64,000 nt of DNA from a virus (lineage: Duplodnaviria; Caudoviricetes): IMG/VR virus record IMGVR_UViG_3300028186_000155; one strand, 5' to 3'. Below are positions 1 to 11,100 of the stretch, piece after piece. The position numbers were made by a program, and so were the translations under genes. The notes beneath the pieces were generated by a model that was not told the origin of the DNA, ran no database searches, and saw nothing but the letters and a program-made list of their open reading frames with translations. Numbering within the stretch: position 1 is the stretch's first letter; every line of letters begins with the position of its first letter.

Positions 1-13
1 CGTTGGTAAATCT

Positions 14-1090
14 GTGACGTTTTTCTATTCGGGAACCGGCACCGTTCTAGTCAAATCCGAAACGCTTGATCAGCAATTGACGATCAGCAGCACTTGCCCA
101 CAAAACAAGGTATTGCCGTGCGGTGATCAGCTGGTTTCGTTCACGGGTGGCGATGTAATCGACGTGGCGTTCGCTACGCCTAAAATCCGTGGTCACGTTT
201 CGGTAAAAATCGAGATTACGGGCACGGTTTCTGCGCTATTCCGATTGGGCACCACCACGGTGCACACCTCGACTCAAACCGAAACGTTTGATGTGATTTG
301 GAATACTGCTGATGGCCTCAGAATCACTTCGACCGGCACCGGAACATTTAAGCTTTACGTGACGTGTGCACAACCAATCTACATCGTTGGCGAAGAAACC
401 AAAACCGAGCGGCAGAATTGCCCGGCTGGCCAAACCGCAAACGGTGTTCCGAATGGTGACACGTTTATTACCGCCACATGGAAGGTTCAAACGTGGTCGG
501 ATGGTTCGACAACCACCACCGCAAAAACTTACGACGGAGTGTGTAAAGTGCCAGAAGCCGCGCCGATAGGAAAACCTCGTTGGGGCACCGCGATGTTTGC
601 CAACCGTTTGTTTACTGGTGGCCCAATTGCCAGTGAAATCACGGAAGAAGAGGCAATGTATGGCGTTGTGGCTAACCCGTCGCCGTCTGGTCGCAATTAC
701 CAACACTGGACCGGCATTCAGCAATTTGCTGATCAGGTTATGACCAACCAATTCGACATGTCGGCCACGGTGCCGGGCATTATTACCCCAACCATTACCG
801 TGGACGATTTCGTTTATGTGATGTGGGATAAACGTGCTGGTTCCAAGGTGAAAATCATCAACCTCGGCAACAATTTCGAGGTGGAATTCGAAGGCGCATT
901 GTGGCGAAACGACCTGCTCGGGAACTACGAAGGGCTGCCGGAATACAACCCGAATCTGCCGATTTATCTGACAGTGCAATACGATGACGGAAACGGTGTG
1001 CGCGACTGGATTATCATTCGCCAAGAAACCACAACGCTCCCTGAATTCTCGCCGCGTACTGACAGCTATTCCATTCAATACGTCGTGTAG
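14..1090 (+). CDS. Putative virion structural/tail-associated protein, 5'-truncated by the window edge
   Basis: Frame is open back to position 2; Thr/Gly-rich beta-type composition; heads the structural cluster. Confidence 0.6.
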   Translation: MTFFYSGTGTVLVKSETLDQQLTISSTCPQNKVLPCGDQLVSFTGGDVIDVAFATPKIRGHVSVKIEITGTVSALFRLGTTTVHTSTQTETFDVIWNTADGLRITSTGTGTFKLYVTCAQPIYIVGEETKTERQNCPAGQTANGVPNGDTFITATWKVQTWSDGSTTTTAKTYDGVCKVPEAAPIGKPRWGTAMFANRLFTGGPIASEITEEEAMYGVVANPSPSGRNYQHWTGIQQFADQVMTNQFDMSATVPGIITPTITVDDFVYVMWDKRAGSKVKIINLGNNFEVEFEGALWRNDLLGNYEGLPEYNPNLPIYLTVQYDDGNGVRDWIIIRQETTTLPEFSPRTDSYSIQYVV

Positions 1091-1098
1091 AGGAATCT

Positions 1099-1728
1099 AT
1101 GACAGGATTAACCAGAATCCCCACGCAGATGATTCGCGCAAAAGGCCAGCGCGATTCGAGTATTCTTGAGGTAAAAAACGAACGATTGTCTGCCACTGCA
1201 CCAACCGATGCCGACGTTTCCGAAATCGAAAAAGTCATTTATGACGAAACGCAGGGCGTGCTTACTTTTACGTTTTACAACGGACAAGAAATGCGCGTTC
1301 CCGGTTTGCCAGTTGCTTCGAAAATTCCTGCCGGGCCTACGGGTCCGCAGGGGTTGCCGGGCATTGACGGAAAAAACGGAAAAGACGGTCGAGACGGTGC
1401 AGTCGGTCCAGCTGGTTGTGAAGGGCCACAAGGTGTAATTGGGCAAACGGGGCCAAAAGGCGAAACGGGGCGAACTGGTCAACCGGGGCCAGCGGGTGCA
1501 ACAGGCCCGCAAGGTCCACAAGGTTTGCAAGGTCCGGTAGGCCCCACAGGTCCACAAGGCCCGGATGGTCCACAGGGGCCACGTGGTGAACAAGGTCCAC
1601 AAGGCCGCCCCGGTCCAAAAGGCCCGGAAGGTTTTATGAACATTATTGTTTCCACAACCGAACCACCTGAAAAAGATCGCGTCGATGGTCTTTTGTGGGT
1701 GAACCCAAGTGCCGATCATTTCTGCTAA
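1099..1728 (+). CDS. Collagen-like (Gly-X-Y) fibre protein, paralog 1
   Basis: SD GAGGA; N-term LTRIPTQMI; about 33 GXY triplets; C-term VSTTEP...LWVNP typical of fibre proteins. Confidence 0.85.
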   Translation: MTGLTRIPTQMIRAKGQRDSSILEVKNERLSATAPTDADVSEIEKVIYDETQGVLTFTFYNGQEMRVPGLPVASKIPAGPTGPQGLPGIDGKNGKDGRDGAVGPAGCEGPQGVIGQTGPKGETGRTGQPGPAGATGPQGPQGLQGPVGPTGPQGPDGPQGPRGEQGPQGRPGPKGPEGFMNIIVSTTEPPEKDRVDGLLWVNPSADHFC

Positions 1729-1738
1729 AAGGTGAATT

Positions 1739-2257
1739 ATGGCCGGAGAATTAACACGGTTGCCCGTGTCGATGCTGCGTGCTCGCGGCAAAACCGGGGG
1801 CACACTCAAAAACACAGGCGCATCTGTTCAGGTTTCTTCTACTGACGATGCAGTCCAACCAACGTTGGAAAGTGGCACGCTTTCGATTAACGGCGTGCTG
1901 CAATTGAAAATGACCGATGGATCATATGTAGAAATCGATGGTTTTTATACCGCGAATTCTTTGATTCAAGGTCCAGCTGGCCCGCGTGGTTTTGCCGGTG
2001 AAAACGGGCGTGATGGAACCAACGGGCGTGACGGTGAACAAGGCGCAACAGGTTGCCAAGGCCCGGCAGGTCCACGCGGTGATACTGGCCCCGAAGGTCC
2101 ACGCGGACCCCAAGGGATTCAAGGCCCAGCTGGTCCAAAAGGTGATCCGGGGCCACGCGGTTCTGATGGCTTCGTTCAAGTATTTATCCAAAGCACTGAT
2201 CCGAGTGCGGCAGAAGGATCTGTCGTCAAGGCCGGTGCACTCTGGATCAAACCCTAA
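1739..2257 (+). CDS. Collagen-like fibre protein, paralog 2
   Basis: N-term LTRLPVSML; GXY run; C-term QSTDP...ALWIKP. Confidence 0.85.
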   Translation: MAGELTRLPVSMLRARGKTGGTLKNTGASVQVSSTDDAVQPTLESGTLSINGVLQLKMTDGSYVEIDGFYTANSLIQGPAGPRGFAGENGRDGTNGRDGEQGATGCQGPAGPRGDTGPEGPRGPQGIQGPAGPKGDPGPRGSDGFVQVFIQSTDPSAAEGSVVKAGALWIKP

Positions 2258-2270
2258 AGCAATGCAAATT

Positions 2271-2302
2271 AAGGGACTTTTTTAGTCCCTTTCTTTGTTT
2301 TT
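2271..2302 (+). terminator. Rho-independent terminator
   Basis: AAGGGACT-(T)n-AGTCCCTT stem followed by a T-rich tract. Confidence 0.7.
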
Positions 2303-2304
2303 GG

Positions 2305-2316
2305 GTAATTTAAATA
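2305..2316 (+). promoter_or_regulatory. Candidate late-promoter motif GTAATTTAAATA
   Basis: Directly after a terminator and 28 nt before an ATG; similar motifs at 12209 (+) and 33088 (-). Confidence 0.45.
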
Positions 2317-2343
2317 CAGAATCTTTAATAGCGGGAACTTCAT

Positions 2344-5300
2344 ATGAGTGACTTAGCCGCTCGCTCGCCTAATGGCGCATGGGTGAACATTTGCAGTAGC
2401 GAATGGAAAGTTATGCAGGATGATGGTACGTGGCAGCAGCTTGACCCGCTGAATGACCTGCGCGTGCGTCACGGTTCAAACGATTATTGGCTGCAAATTG
2501 ATTGTGATGATGGTGGCGATTATTGCCCGCCCGAAGAGCTAGCCAAATGCTGGCCGGGGCGTACTGGTAACTTCGAAACTTCCACGTTCAAAATTGCCGG
2601 CCCCACTGGTTTTCAGGTGTGTGATTGCGATGGCAACAATTGCAAAACTTACACCGGCCATACCCCCGATTACAATCAGGTTGGCGGGCGTTTCCGTGCG
2701 ACGGCGCCAATTGTAGAAAATACCGTTGCATATTCGCTGCCCGTTACCTTTGCAGGTAGTGAAGCGGAAATCAACGAGATTTTGGTTTATGCGGGAACCC
2801 GTTCTGGTCATATCGAAGTTTCCTGTTTGGAACTCGACGCCAATGTGCGGGTACGCATTTACAATGATTGTGTGCTGCTCGGTGATTCCGACGTAAGCGG
2901 CAATTATTTCAACGTGTTTTTCAACACCGAACCTGCCGAACTGAAAGAAACCGATTGCGGCGAACCTGTACCCGCAAACAACTTCCTGACGGTTCGTGTG
3001 GATGGTCCGACTGGTGCACGCTGGCAAGTAAAACTGGGTGAGGTAAACATTACTCAAAAAACCAGTTTCCAACGCCCAGCCGCTTGCTTCGGTACGCATG
3101 GCCCGGTGGTGCCTTGCTTCGTCAATGACGACGGCAACTATTTGCAGCAGGATCACACCACTTACGAAAACGTGCACTACATCCCAAACGCTGGCCCGGT
3201 CTACATTGACCTCACGGTTTCCGGCGTAAGTCCTGTGACGTTTGAAGTGTTTTACAATGGCGGGAAAATTGCCGAGCGTACCACCACAAACTCGGCGCAG
3301 GTGCAGACCGTTAGCTCGACTTTGGTGTTCAATCACAACATTGTCGGCGGCGATAACTACGTGGTTATTCGCTACACGGCACCGCGTGGTTACGACACGT
3401 GGTATTACTCGATTTATTGCCCCGGCCTGAAGGGTTCGCGTCTGAATCTGGCGCCTGTTATGAAGGTTCCGCGTGATTTGCCGCTGGATATTCTTTGCCA
3501 GCCATTGAGTCCATCGCTGAATCCGAATTTCGCAATCGTTGGCCAAGGCACGCCACGTGCAGACATTTACTTCGATTATTCTGGTGAATTGGCGGGTGAC
3601 ATTGCATTCGAATATTTTGCGTCGGATGCTGTGCAATTCCTCATTTTCCAAGGCAATTATCCGAACGAAGTTTTGGTGGCCGGTACGCCAGCAACCGTAA
3701 CGGGCCACGGGCGTTTCCACTTCCGGTTTAATCCGGGTGGAGGCAACGTAATGCGCGTGCTGGTCATGGGTCCGTGCTGCCCTGATTGGTCGTTCCAGAT
3801 TTCTGGTGCAATTCCACCACCAATCATTGATATTTTCGACGCGGAAATTCAACGGCCAGCCGGTGGTCAAACTGCGCTGCTTTGCTTCGATGTGAAACTG
3901 CGCAATAAAACCCCGCAGCGTGTTACGTTCGATTGGGATATCACACCGTTGACCGCCATCCCTTCGCCCGAAGGAAATTGCTTGATTACCGAAGTGGTTG
4001 AGCAAAGTCCTTATTGCAACATCGTGGCGACCGGTACGGGGCGCGGTGGTCCCTATGACAACAACACGAACATTGGCTACCCACAAGCGCTGCAAGTTTC
4101 GAGTTCTTTGCACGATCCAAACTGTGCGGTTGGTGGTCAGTATTACGTGATCGAAACCGAGATTGAAATTCCGGCAGACGGCACGTATACGCTGGTCGGT
4201 ACGGCGGACGATAACCTCGACGTTTATCTCGATTGTGAAAAGGTGTTTGCTGGCCCACGATACGAGGATGCATGGCGCGGTACGCATCGCGGATCATTCA
4301 CGGCTAAAGCAGGCTGGCAAACGCTTTCTGCCGTTTATCAAAACGTTCCAAACTGCACCGTTGGTTGGGCGAAATTCGTAATCATTGACGCGGCGGGAAC
4401 CGTGGTATTTGCCACCAACCCCACGACGCAGGTATGGCGCAGCAAGGCCGGTGCTATTTCGGTAGAACCGCCAACGCAAGTGCCGATGAATTACCCAGCA
4501 GATTACAACCCGGTATCGGGCAGTGGTGCGATTGAAAGTTGCACCGATGGCACCCGCGTTTGTGTACCGATTTGCGGTTCTGATCTGGTTGGCCCTGATG
4601 TGCAGCTTCAGCTGAATATCAAAAACATCATTAACGCAGACCTCGGGGATTTGACGGCAATCGGCACCATCAAAAACGGCAACTTCGCGTCGTGTGAACA
4701 AAACACGAACGTCGCTGTTTTGGACGCCGGGCCAGATGAATTCGTGAACCGTGGCGCTCGCAAAATGTACGTGAACAAATTGTCGGGTAATGCTGGCGCC
4801 GTTTACGTCATGGATACCACGATCAACGTGGCAGCCGGTGGTATCTATACCGCGTATTTCTACGGAATCGATACCGCTGAATTGTTCATCGATTGTGCGA
4901 AAATTGCGACCACCACAGCGGCCACTGGTGCGGCGAAAGTTCGATTTGTAATGAATGCTGGCGCCCGTAAGGTCTACATCAATTATTACACCAGTGCATC
5001 GAACGGCAAACGCACGGGCTACGCTGCAATGGCCCTTGTGGATTCGCTGAACCGAATTGTTTATGCGTCGAATGCTGCTGACTGGCGCGGACGCATCATC
5101 GTGCCGGGCACAGAACCAAACTGTTCGCAATTTCCGCCGACCTGTGAAATCTTCGGAAATTCCGTTGAGCAACAATCGCACTCGGGGGCCTCTGGAAACT
5201 ACACCGTTGGTTACGGCGCGATTAAAGTTCGTTCCAGTCTGCACAGCAATTCGCCGCCCGGTTCGGGTACGTGGTCCGTGCAGTACAAACCGCAATTGCC

Positions 5301-5988
5301 CGCAGGAAATTACACGCTGGTTTGGTCGTGCGACGATTCCGGGGCGGCCTACATCAACTGTTCGTTGCTGGCGTCGAAAGGTAGTAACTGGCGGGATATC
5401 CAGCGCAATGCGTTTACTGTGACCGATGGATCAAAACCGACATTGGTAACAATTGCGTATTCCAACGGCGGCGACGTAGCGTGGGCAAACTGGGCAATTC
5501 TGGATGCGGGCGGAAATGCAGTTTCTGTCAGTGGTCCAAACCTGCCGGGCAACTCTTCGGCAGCGGGAAATTATCTGGCAAATATTGCAGGTTCTCCGCT
5601 CGGTGAAACTTACGATCCGGGCCGTAGCCGCGTAGGTTGGATGGTTCACTGGGGTGGTTCGATTTGGGGCACCGGTACAAACTATGCGTGGTGGTCGTGT
5701 GAAAACGAAATTGATATTCCAGCAGATGGCACGTATTACGCGGTAGCAGATGCCGACGATGCGATGGGCCTATACATTGACTGCACTGGGCGGCCCACAA
5801 ACGGTACGCCATTTGTTTTGAGTGCAGGCCGCGTAAAAGTTCACGTGCGTTGCTACAACTACAAAGCAAAAGATGCCAACTGGTTCGGTTTCATTTTGTA
5901 TAAAGCCGATGGTACGCCGGTTTACACCAGCAGGGCCGCAGGTTGGAAAGCAAAACGCGCTGATCTGGATTTCTCGGGCATGAGTTGA
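2344..5988 (+). CDS. Large Cys-rich adhesin/tail-fibre-like protein with a split Calx-beta domain and four PA14/galactose-binding-like repeats
   Basis: Four repeats of I.(PA)GxYT...DD...Y(I/L)DC; Calx-beta halves at about 3820-3957 and 4495-4677. Confidence 0.75.
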   Translation: MSDLAARSPNGAWVNICSSEWKVMQDDGTWQQLDPLNDLRVRHGSNDYWLQIDCDDGGDYCPPEELAKCWPGRTGNFETSTFKIAGPTGFQVCDCDGNNCKTYTGHTPDYNQVGGRFRATAPIVENTVAYSLPVTFAGSEAEINEILVYAGTRSGHIEVSCLELDANVRVRIYNDCVLLGDSDVSGNYFNVFFNTEPAELKETDCGEPVPANNFLTVRVDGPTGARWQVKLGEVNITQKTSFQRPAACFGTHGPVVPCFVNDDGNYLQQDHTTYENVHYIPNAGPVYIDLTVSGVSPVTFEVFYNGGKIAERTTTNSAQVQTVSSTLVFNHNIVGGDNYVVIRYTAPRGYDTWYYSIYCPGLKGSRLNLAPVMKVPRDLPLDILCQPLSPSLNPNFAIVGQGTPRADIYFDYSGELAGDIAFEYFASDAVQFLIFQGNYPNEVLVAGTPATVTGHGRFHFRFNPGGGNVMRVLVMGPCCPDWSFQISGAIPPPIIDIFDAEIQRPAGGQTALLCFDVKLRNKTPQRVTFDWDITPLTAIPSPEGNCLITEVVEQSPYCNIVATGTGRGGPYDNNTNIGYPQALQVSSSLHDPNCAVGGQYYVIETEIEIPADGTYTLVGTADDNLDVYLDCEKVFAGPRYEDAWRGTHRGSFTAKAGWQTLSAVYQNVPNCTVGWAKFVIIDAAGTVVFATNPTTQVWRSKAGAISVEPPTQVPMNYPADYNPVSGSGAIESCTDGTRVCVPICGSDLVGPDVQLQLNIKNIINADLGDLTAIGTIKNGNFASCEQNTNVAVLDAGPDEFVNRGARKMYVNKLSGNAGAVYVMDTTINVAAGGIYTAYFYGIDTAELFIDCAKIATTTAATGAAKVRFVMNAGARKVYINYYTSASNGKRTGYAAMALVDSLNRIVYASNAADWRGRIIVPGTEPNCSQFPPTCEIFGNSVEQQSHSGASGNYTVGYGAIKVRSSLHSNSPPGSGTWSVQYKPQLPAGNYTLVWSCDDSGAAYINCSLLASKGSNWRDIQRNAFTVTDGSKPTLVTIAYSNGGDVAWANWAILDAGGNAVSVSGPNLPGNSSAAGNYLANIAGSPLGETYDPGRSRVGWMVHWGGSIWGTGTNYAWWSCENEIDIPADGTYYAVADADDAMGLYIDCTGRPTNGTPFVLSAGRVKVHVRCYNYKAKDANWFGFILYKADGTPVYTSRAAGWKAKRADLDFSGMS

Positions 5989-5997
5989 TTTTGAGTG

Positions 5998-6016
5998 GGT
6001 GTCCTATGGGCACCCC
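5998..6016 (+). promoter_or_regulatory. Intergenic hairpin upstream of an RBS (stabiliser/processing site)
   Basis: GGGTGTCC-TAT-GGGCACCC with no U-tract. Confidence 0.4.
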
Positions 6017-6035
6017 TTGATAAAGGGTGATTTTA

Positions 6036-8072
6036 ATGGCGAGTAAGTTAACACGAATCCCCACGCAGATGATTTCCACCAAAGGGTCTACCCTCGGGGA
6101 TATCCTGCGTGACACTGGCGAAACTTTCGAACCCAGTCAAGAACGAAAAAACGCAACGGGCGTTCTGAAATCTGGTGAATACGATAGCCAGACCGGTACG
6201 CTGAAACTGACCAACTCTGATGATTCGGTAATTCTCCTTAACGGATTCCCGACCGCTGCAAATATCGGGGTTGGCGCCACGGGTCCAACTGGCCCACAAG
6301 GCGAAAAAGGAACAAATGGTCGTGATGGAAAAGATGGGCGCGATGGTGCACAAGGTTGCATTGGTCCAAAGGGCGATAGTGGTCCCGCTGGCCCTGCTGG
6401 TGGTTATGGTGGTATCGGCCCCCGTGGCCCTGTAGGCCCAACTGGTCCTCAAGGTCCGCAAGGTTTGCCCGGTGAAAAAGGCGATGTTGGTGCAACTGGC
6501 CCAGCAGGCCCTCAAGGCGTTTCTGGTGGTGCTGGTTCGATTGGCCCGACCGGTCCCCAAGGCGTAATCGGTTTGACCGGTGCAACTGGCCCCGAAGGCG
6601 CAAAAGGCGAAACCGGCGCCACGGGTCCAACTGGCCCGCAAGGTTTGCTTGGCCCTACAGGTCCAAACGGTTTGCAAGGTCCAGCGGGTCCAACTGGCCC
6701 GATGGGTGTTGGCGAACGCGGCCCTGCTGGTTCTGCGTCGATTTTCACCAACAGTTCGTGGCTCAGCAACGATGCACGAATTGGCCGTTATTTCTCGCTG
6801 GAATCTGGTGATAAAACGGTCGAAGTTTTCGGTTCGTTCAAATCCAGCACACCGGTACAAGTTTTCGACATTCCATTCGAATACAACGGTGCGGCGGCAC
6901 GTGCTGTTAAGGTCTATATTTCTTTCAACACGTGGAACCCAGCGGCTGCTGGTTCGACCTATACGATCACGCAAAGCGCGACAATTGACGGACAAACTTC
7001 GCATAAATTCACGTTTACTGCGAGCGCCGCAATTGCCAACCTCGATTTCAATTGGCGCGTTGCGATGTTTGATACCAGCCCAACGCCAGACGTGCGCATG
7101 TACGATACGGAACTGGACGTTGCACGTCCGGGCAACCCTGCAATCACCGCCACGCTGAAGTTCCCGGCCCTGCTGTCGGTTGATAGTGAGGAAACGGTTT
7201 TGGTTGACTGGGAAACTGTGTCGGATAATGCGATTGGTTCCGGCATTCCGGTGCCAACCACTCAGCAGCTGTTTGATTCGTGGTACAAATCGGCAGGCCC
7301 TGATTTCTTCGCACCGTCGCAAACCATTCCGTCTAGCTCTGAAGGCGCAACACTGGTCTTCGATAACGGGCGCATTGAAGTTACGCGCAACACTGCAAAC
7401 TATATCGGAATGTTTAGCCCGATTTCTTTCGAGAAATTCGAGTTGCAGGCAACCGTAAGTTCGGCAGACGCAGACGACGACGCAATTGGTTTGGTGGTGG
7501 CGCATGTACGTCAAAACGGGCAAAACCACATGCTGCTGGCCCTGCGAAATCAGGGCGGTTTCGGTGGATTGTCCACCGCTTCACGCAAAAACTTCATGCT
7601 GGTTTATGTGCGTGATAACACCACGGTCAAAGAACTGGGCGCCGTTGACATTGGCGTAACCGAAAACAAATGGAGTGGCAAAACCAGCGTCATGAAAGTG
7701 GTGCGTGACGGTGATTCTGTGCAGTGCTTCGCCTCGCCGTTCAACAGCGCCACTCTGGACGCTACGCCTTTGTCGGTGAATTTGGCATCTGATCCAGATT
7801 TGGCAATGTTCCGCGATAGCTGCCGTTTCGGTTGGTTCGCTGCCTCGCAAGCTGGTTCCGTGTGGCAAAACATTTCGTTCAATTTCGGCACCGCCGATTA
7901 CGTGAGTGCATCTGGTACGCTGGAATTCGCACCGGGCGAAAAAGAAAAAGAAATTCCAATCACAATCTACGGAACGTCCACGCCTAATCCGCCTCAGAAA
8001 ACTGTTTCGGTGCGGCTGTCGAACGCCCGTAACGCCAACATCACGGTTGCAACAGGTGTCGGCACATTCTGA
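6036..8072 (+). CDS. Collagen-like fibre protein, paralog 3, with a C-terminal split Calx-beta domain and an inserted TSP-C/L-type lectin-like domain
   Basis: [10 protein letters not shown]-term; about 50 GXY triplets; [24 protein letters not shown] Calx-beta signature; [13 protein letters not shown] motif. Confidence 0.85.
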   Translation: MASKLTRIPTQMISTKGSTLGDILRDTGETFEPSQERKNATGVLKSGEYDSQTGTLKLTNSDDSVILLNGFPTAANIGVGATGPTGPQGEKGTNGRDGKDGRDGAQGCIGPKGDSGPAGPAGGYGGIGPRGPVGPTGPQGPQGLPGEKGDVGATGPAGPQGVSGGAGSIGPTGPQGVIGLTGATGPEGAKGETGATGPTGPQGLLGPTGPNGLQGPAGPTGPMGVGERGPAGSASIFTNSSWLSNDARIGRYFSLESGDKTVEVFGSFKSSTPVQVFDIPFEYNGAAARAVKVYISFNTWNPAAAGSTYTITQSATIDGQTSHKFTFTASAAIANLDFNWRVAMFDTSPTPDVRMYDTELDVARPGNPAITATLKFPALLSVDSEETVLVDWETVSDNAIGSGIPVPTTQQLFDSWYKSAGPDFFAPSQTIPSSSEGATLVFDNGRIEVTRNTANYIGMFSPISFEKFELQATVSSADADDDAIGLVVAHVRQNGQNHMLLALRNQGGFGGLSTASRKNFMLVYVRDNTTVKELGAVDIGVTENKWSGKTSVMKVVRDGDSVQCFASPFNSATLDATPLSVNLASDPDLAMFRDSCRFGWFAASQAGSVWQNISFNFGTADYVSASGTLEFAPGEKEKEIPITIYGTSTPNPPQKTVSVRLSNARNANITVATGVGTF

Positions 8073-8080
8073 TGACCGAA

Positions 8081-8107
8081 AGGGGCCGATAACAAGGCCC
8101 CTTTTTT
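8081..8107 (+). terminator. Rho-independent terminator
   Basis: AGGGGCC-loop-GGCCCCT then TTTTT. Confidence 0.75.
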
Positions 8108-8116
8108 GGAGCATTT

Positions 8117-11100
8117 ATGGCAAAAATTCAGGGCGCAACAGCTTACGCCACAACGTCTTACGGTAGTACGCCTTCGCAGGCCATTGACGGGTCCACCCTA
8201 ACGCGCTGGGAATCCAACAACACTTACGCTGCGACCGTAAACGACGTTTTTGTTTTGGGTTTTCCCCGGCGTGTAACCCCTAAGCAAATCCGTTTGCTGT
8301 TCCGTACATGGGGACAAGATTTACACGTTGGTTATTCGCACACTGGCGGCACAGTAAAATCCAGCTACACCGAAATAAAAGTCGTCAACATTGCCACCGA
8401 ACCAAACGACTCTTTGGGCAATAAGTGGAATGTCGTTACCGACAACAACGGTGGTATGGATGTTAGTTCGTCCAACGTATTGCTTCTGCCTGAAAACGAA
8501 ATTGCGGCTCAGTATTGGGCAATCTGGATCAACAACGCAACAGGCGTTGACCGGCTGCGCATTTGGGAAATTTCGCTGCATGATACGGTTGGTGATGAAG
8601 GCATAAACCCAACGCTGCCCAATAGCATTCCAGTGCCTCCTTTCACTGCGTCTCCTAGCCCATACTGGAAGCGCACAGAATATTCCACGCCCGGCCCGTT
8701 TTCACATACGCCAGACGCCGACACTAAACTTATGTTTTTGGTGGCACAAGGCGCGGGTGCTGGTGGTCGAGTTGTTCATAAACTGGATGGATCAATTACG
8801 CCTGTATCCGGTCCCGGCGAAGCCACTACTATTGCGTCCGCAGCCGGAACTATTCTTACTGCAAATGGTGGTGCTAATGACGGCACTGGCGGTTTGCTTT
8901 ATGACGATCGTGGTAAATCTACAGAAAATTGGATTCGATACGATTATCGCGCAGGCATAAATGGCGGTGTAGTTGTGGCTGGTGGTGCATTAGCCTCGCC
9001 AGCTGGCGCTAATACCGGCGTCCTCGGTGCCACAACTGGTGCAAGTTTTATCCTTGTTCCAGCTGGCCAGCCTGTAACCAACACGTTTACAGGCACGTCC
9101 GAAATTAAAGGCACCGTAACCTATGAAAAGTTTGCGCGTGATGCAGCATACGGGCTGAAAAGCCAAGTTACTACTGCAAACGAGAGTGGGTATGTTGAAT
9201 ATTCTTTCCTTGGGTATGCAGGCCGAAACGTCACGATTAACGTCCGTCGCAATATTGGTTATCCGACCATAAATGCGGCTGGTCGCATTCGATTTAACGG
9301 CGTCCTCCGATCTACATTTAGCGGTGTTTCAGAGCAAACCGAAGCCTTTACCTACGCAATGGTTGACGGTGTTAACACCGTCCGGTTGGAATTCGGAAAC
9401 CTGTCACCTGTTCAAGCCGGAACTTTTGCGTCTATCACATCGGTCGTACTTAGTGGTACAGGTGCGCCGGGTGTAAACGCTGGTGGATCGGGCGCATTAA
9501 GCCGTTTGTATATGGCACCTAAGCCATTAACCGGTGTTATTGGTAAAGGCGGTGTTGGTCAAGCTGGTGAGCAACCCAACGTAACAGCTGCACAAAATAG
9601 TACACGGGGTTCTGGTGGTGCACCGGGCGGTAATGGCGGTGACGGTGTAATTGTTGTTTACGAATACAAAGGTTTTATGGCTTATGGCGATTCGCCTTTG
9701 CCTACGTTCGCAAACTACAACGTGGCGCCCGGTACTGAAGTTGCAGGGGCCTCGCGCACCGATTATATCGGGCTAACGAATGGTGGCCAGCGATCTTTTA
9801 CTCACAAACTGCGCGAAAAAACCAAAAACGTTTTCATCATCATGGTGGGTGCTGGCGGTAGCCGCGAACTTGCCTCTATTTCGCAGCCAGATTCAACTGT
9901 AGTTGTGGCCGGTGCCGGTCGTTGGGAAGCCAAAAGTGGCTGGAACTCAACCGGCACCTCTGGCGTGTCTGGCGGCGTTTTTGTATCCGATAATGATTCT
10001 ATCAATTCGGGTGATGGCGTTGCAGGCATTTACGGATACGATACCCTAGCCACATCACCCATTGCAGGTAATTACGGGCGGGGTTCTGGTTCGTATCCGT
10101 ATAAGGGTGCGGGTGGTGCTGGTGCATACGGATTCTTTGCACTTTCCCAAGCTCAAATGGCTAGCCGTTCCATTGATATTTTGGTGGGCAACAACACGGC
10201 TACAACCTATCAGGAATTGCCGGGTGCTGTATTTGTTTTCGAAACAGAATCCGACAACGTTTTGCAGGTTACGCAGGTTGTAGAAGAGCTATTGGTAAAG
10301 GCCTCCGTTTCCAATACGCAAATCACGCAAAGTTCTGAACTGTTGTTTGCGAAATCTCCAATCGCCAATACGCAAACGTCGCAAACCCCGGAATTAATGC
10401 TGGTCAAGGAAGGCGAGCAAAACAACTGGCTGCAAGTTTCGTATGCCAATATCGGTTTTGTTGTAGACGCTGAAGATCCAGCAACTGCCGTGACCCAAAC
10501 CGCTGAACAGCTGCTGGTTAAACAGCCTGTAACGCAAACAATGCTGACCCAAAGTGCGGAAATGATTCTGGCCCGCGTGCCACGTATCCCATACCGCATG
10601 ACGCAGGTGGCAGAACTGGTTTTCGTCTCTGAAATTCCATCGGTTTTCTGGTTGAATTTCGGTGAAGTAAACGATCCGGTAAAAGATCAGATTTATACGT
10701 CGTTGACCGGTCGCGCTACCAGTGTGCAGCCCGGCGCCTATATCCAATTGGAAGGCCCTCACGCCGAAGGCACAACGATGTTTGTGAACGGGGTTGACGT
10801 TGGTTTGTCGTCGCCAATTGCCAATAATGATCGGGTGCAAATTGTTGGTGGCATCCCTAACTGGTGGCAGGCTTCGATTAACGTTTACACCTATTACCTT
10901 GTGAACGGCGAAGTGACCCGCGAACAGGTGGGAATGTGGCTGTTTAAACACGTGGTGCGCACCCCAACCAAACCCCGCGCCTACGCCGCACAATACACCA
11001 ATAACAAATGGCAATTCCTCAAAAATGGATTGTCTACTGCACAGCTGCCAAAATCCATTATTGGCCGTGCCTACGCCGCGCTTTCTAACACGCTTTCCGT

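Noticed and set aside
1330-6730. Repetitive GGNCCN DNA suggesting a CRISPR array or satellite
   Set aside because: Explained by collagen Gly-X-Y codons; no repeat-spacer structure
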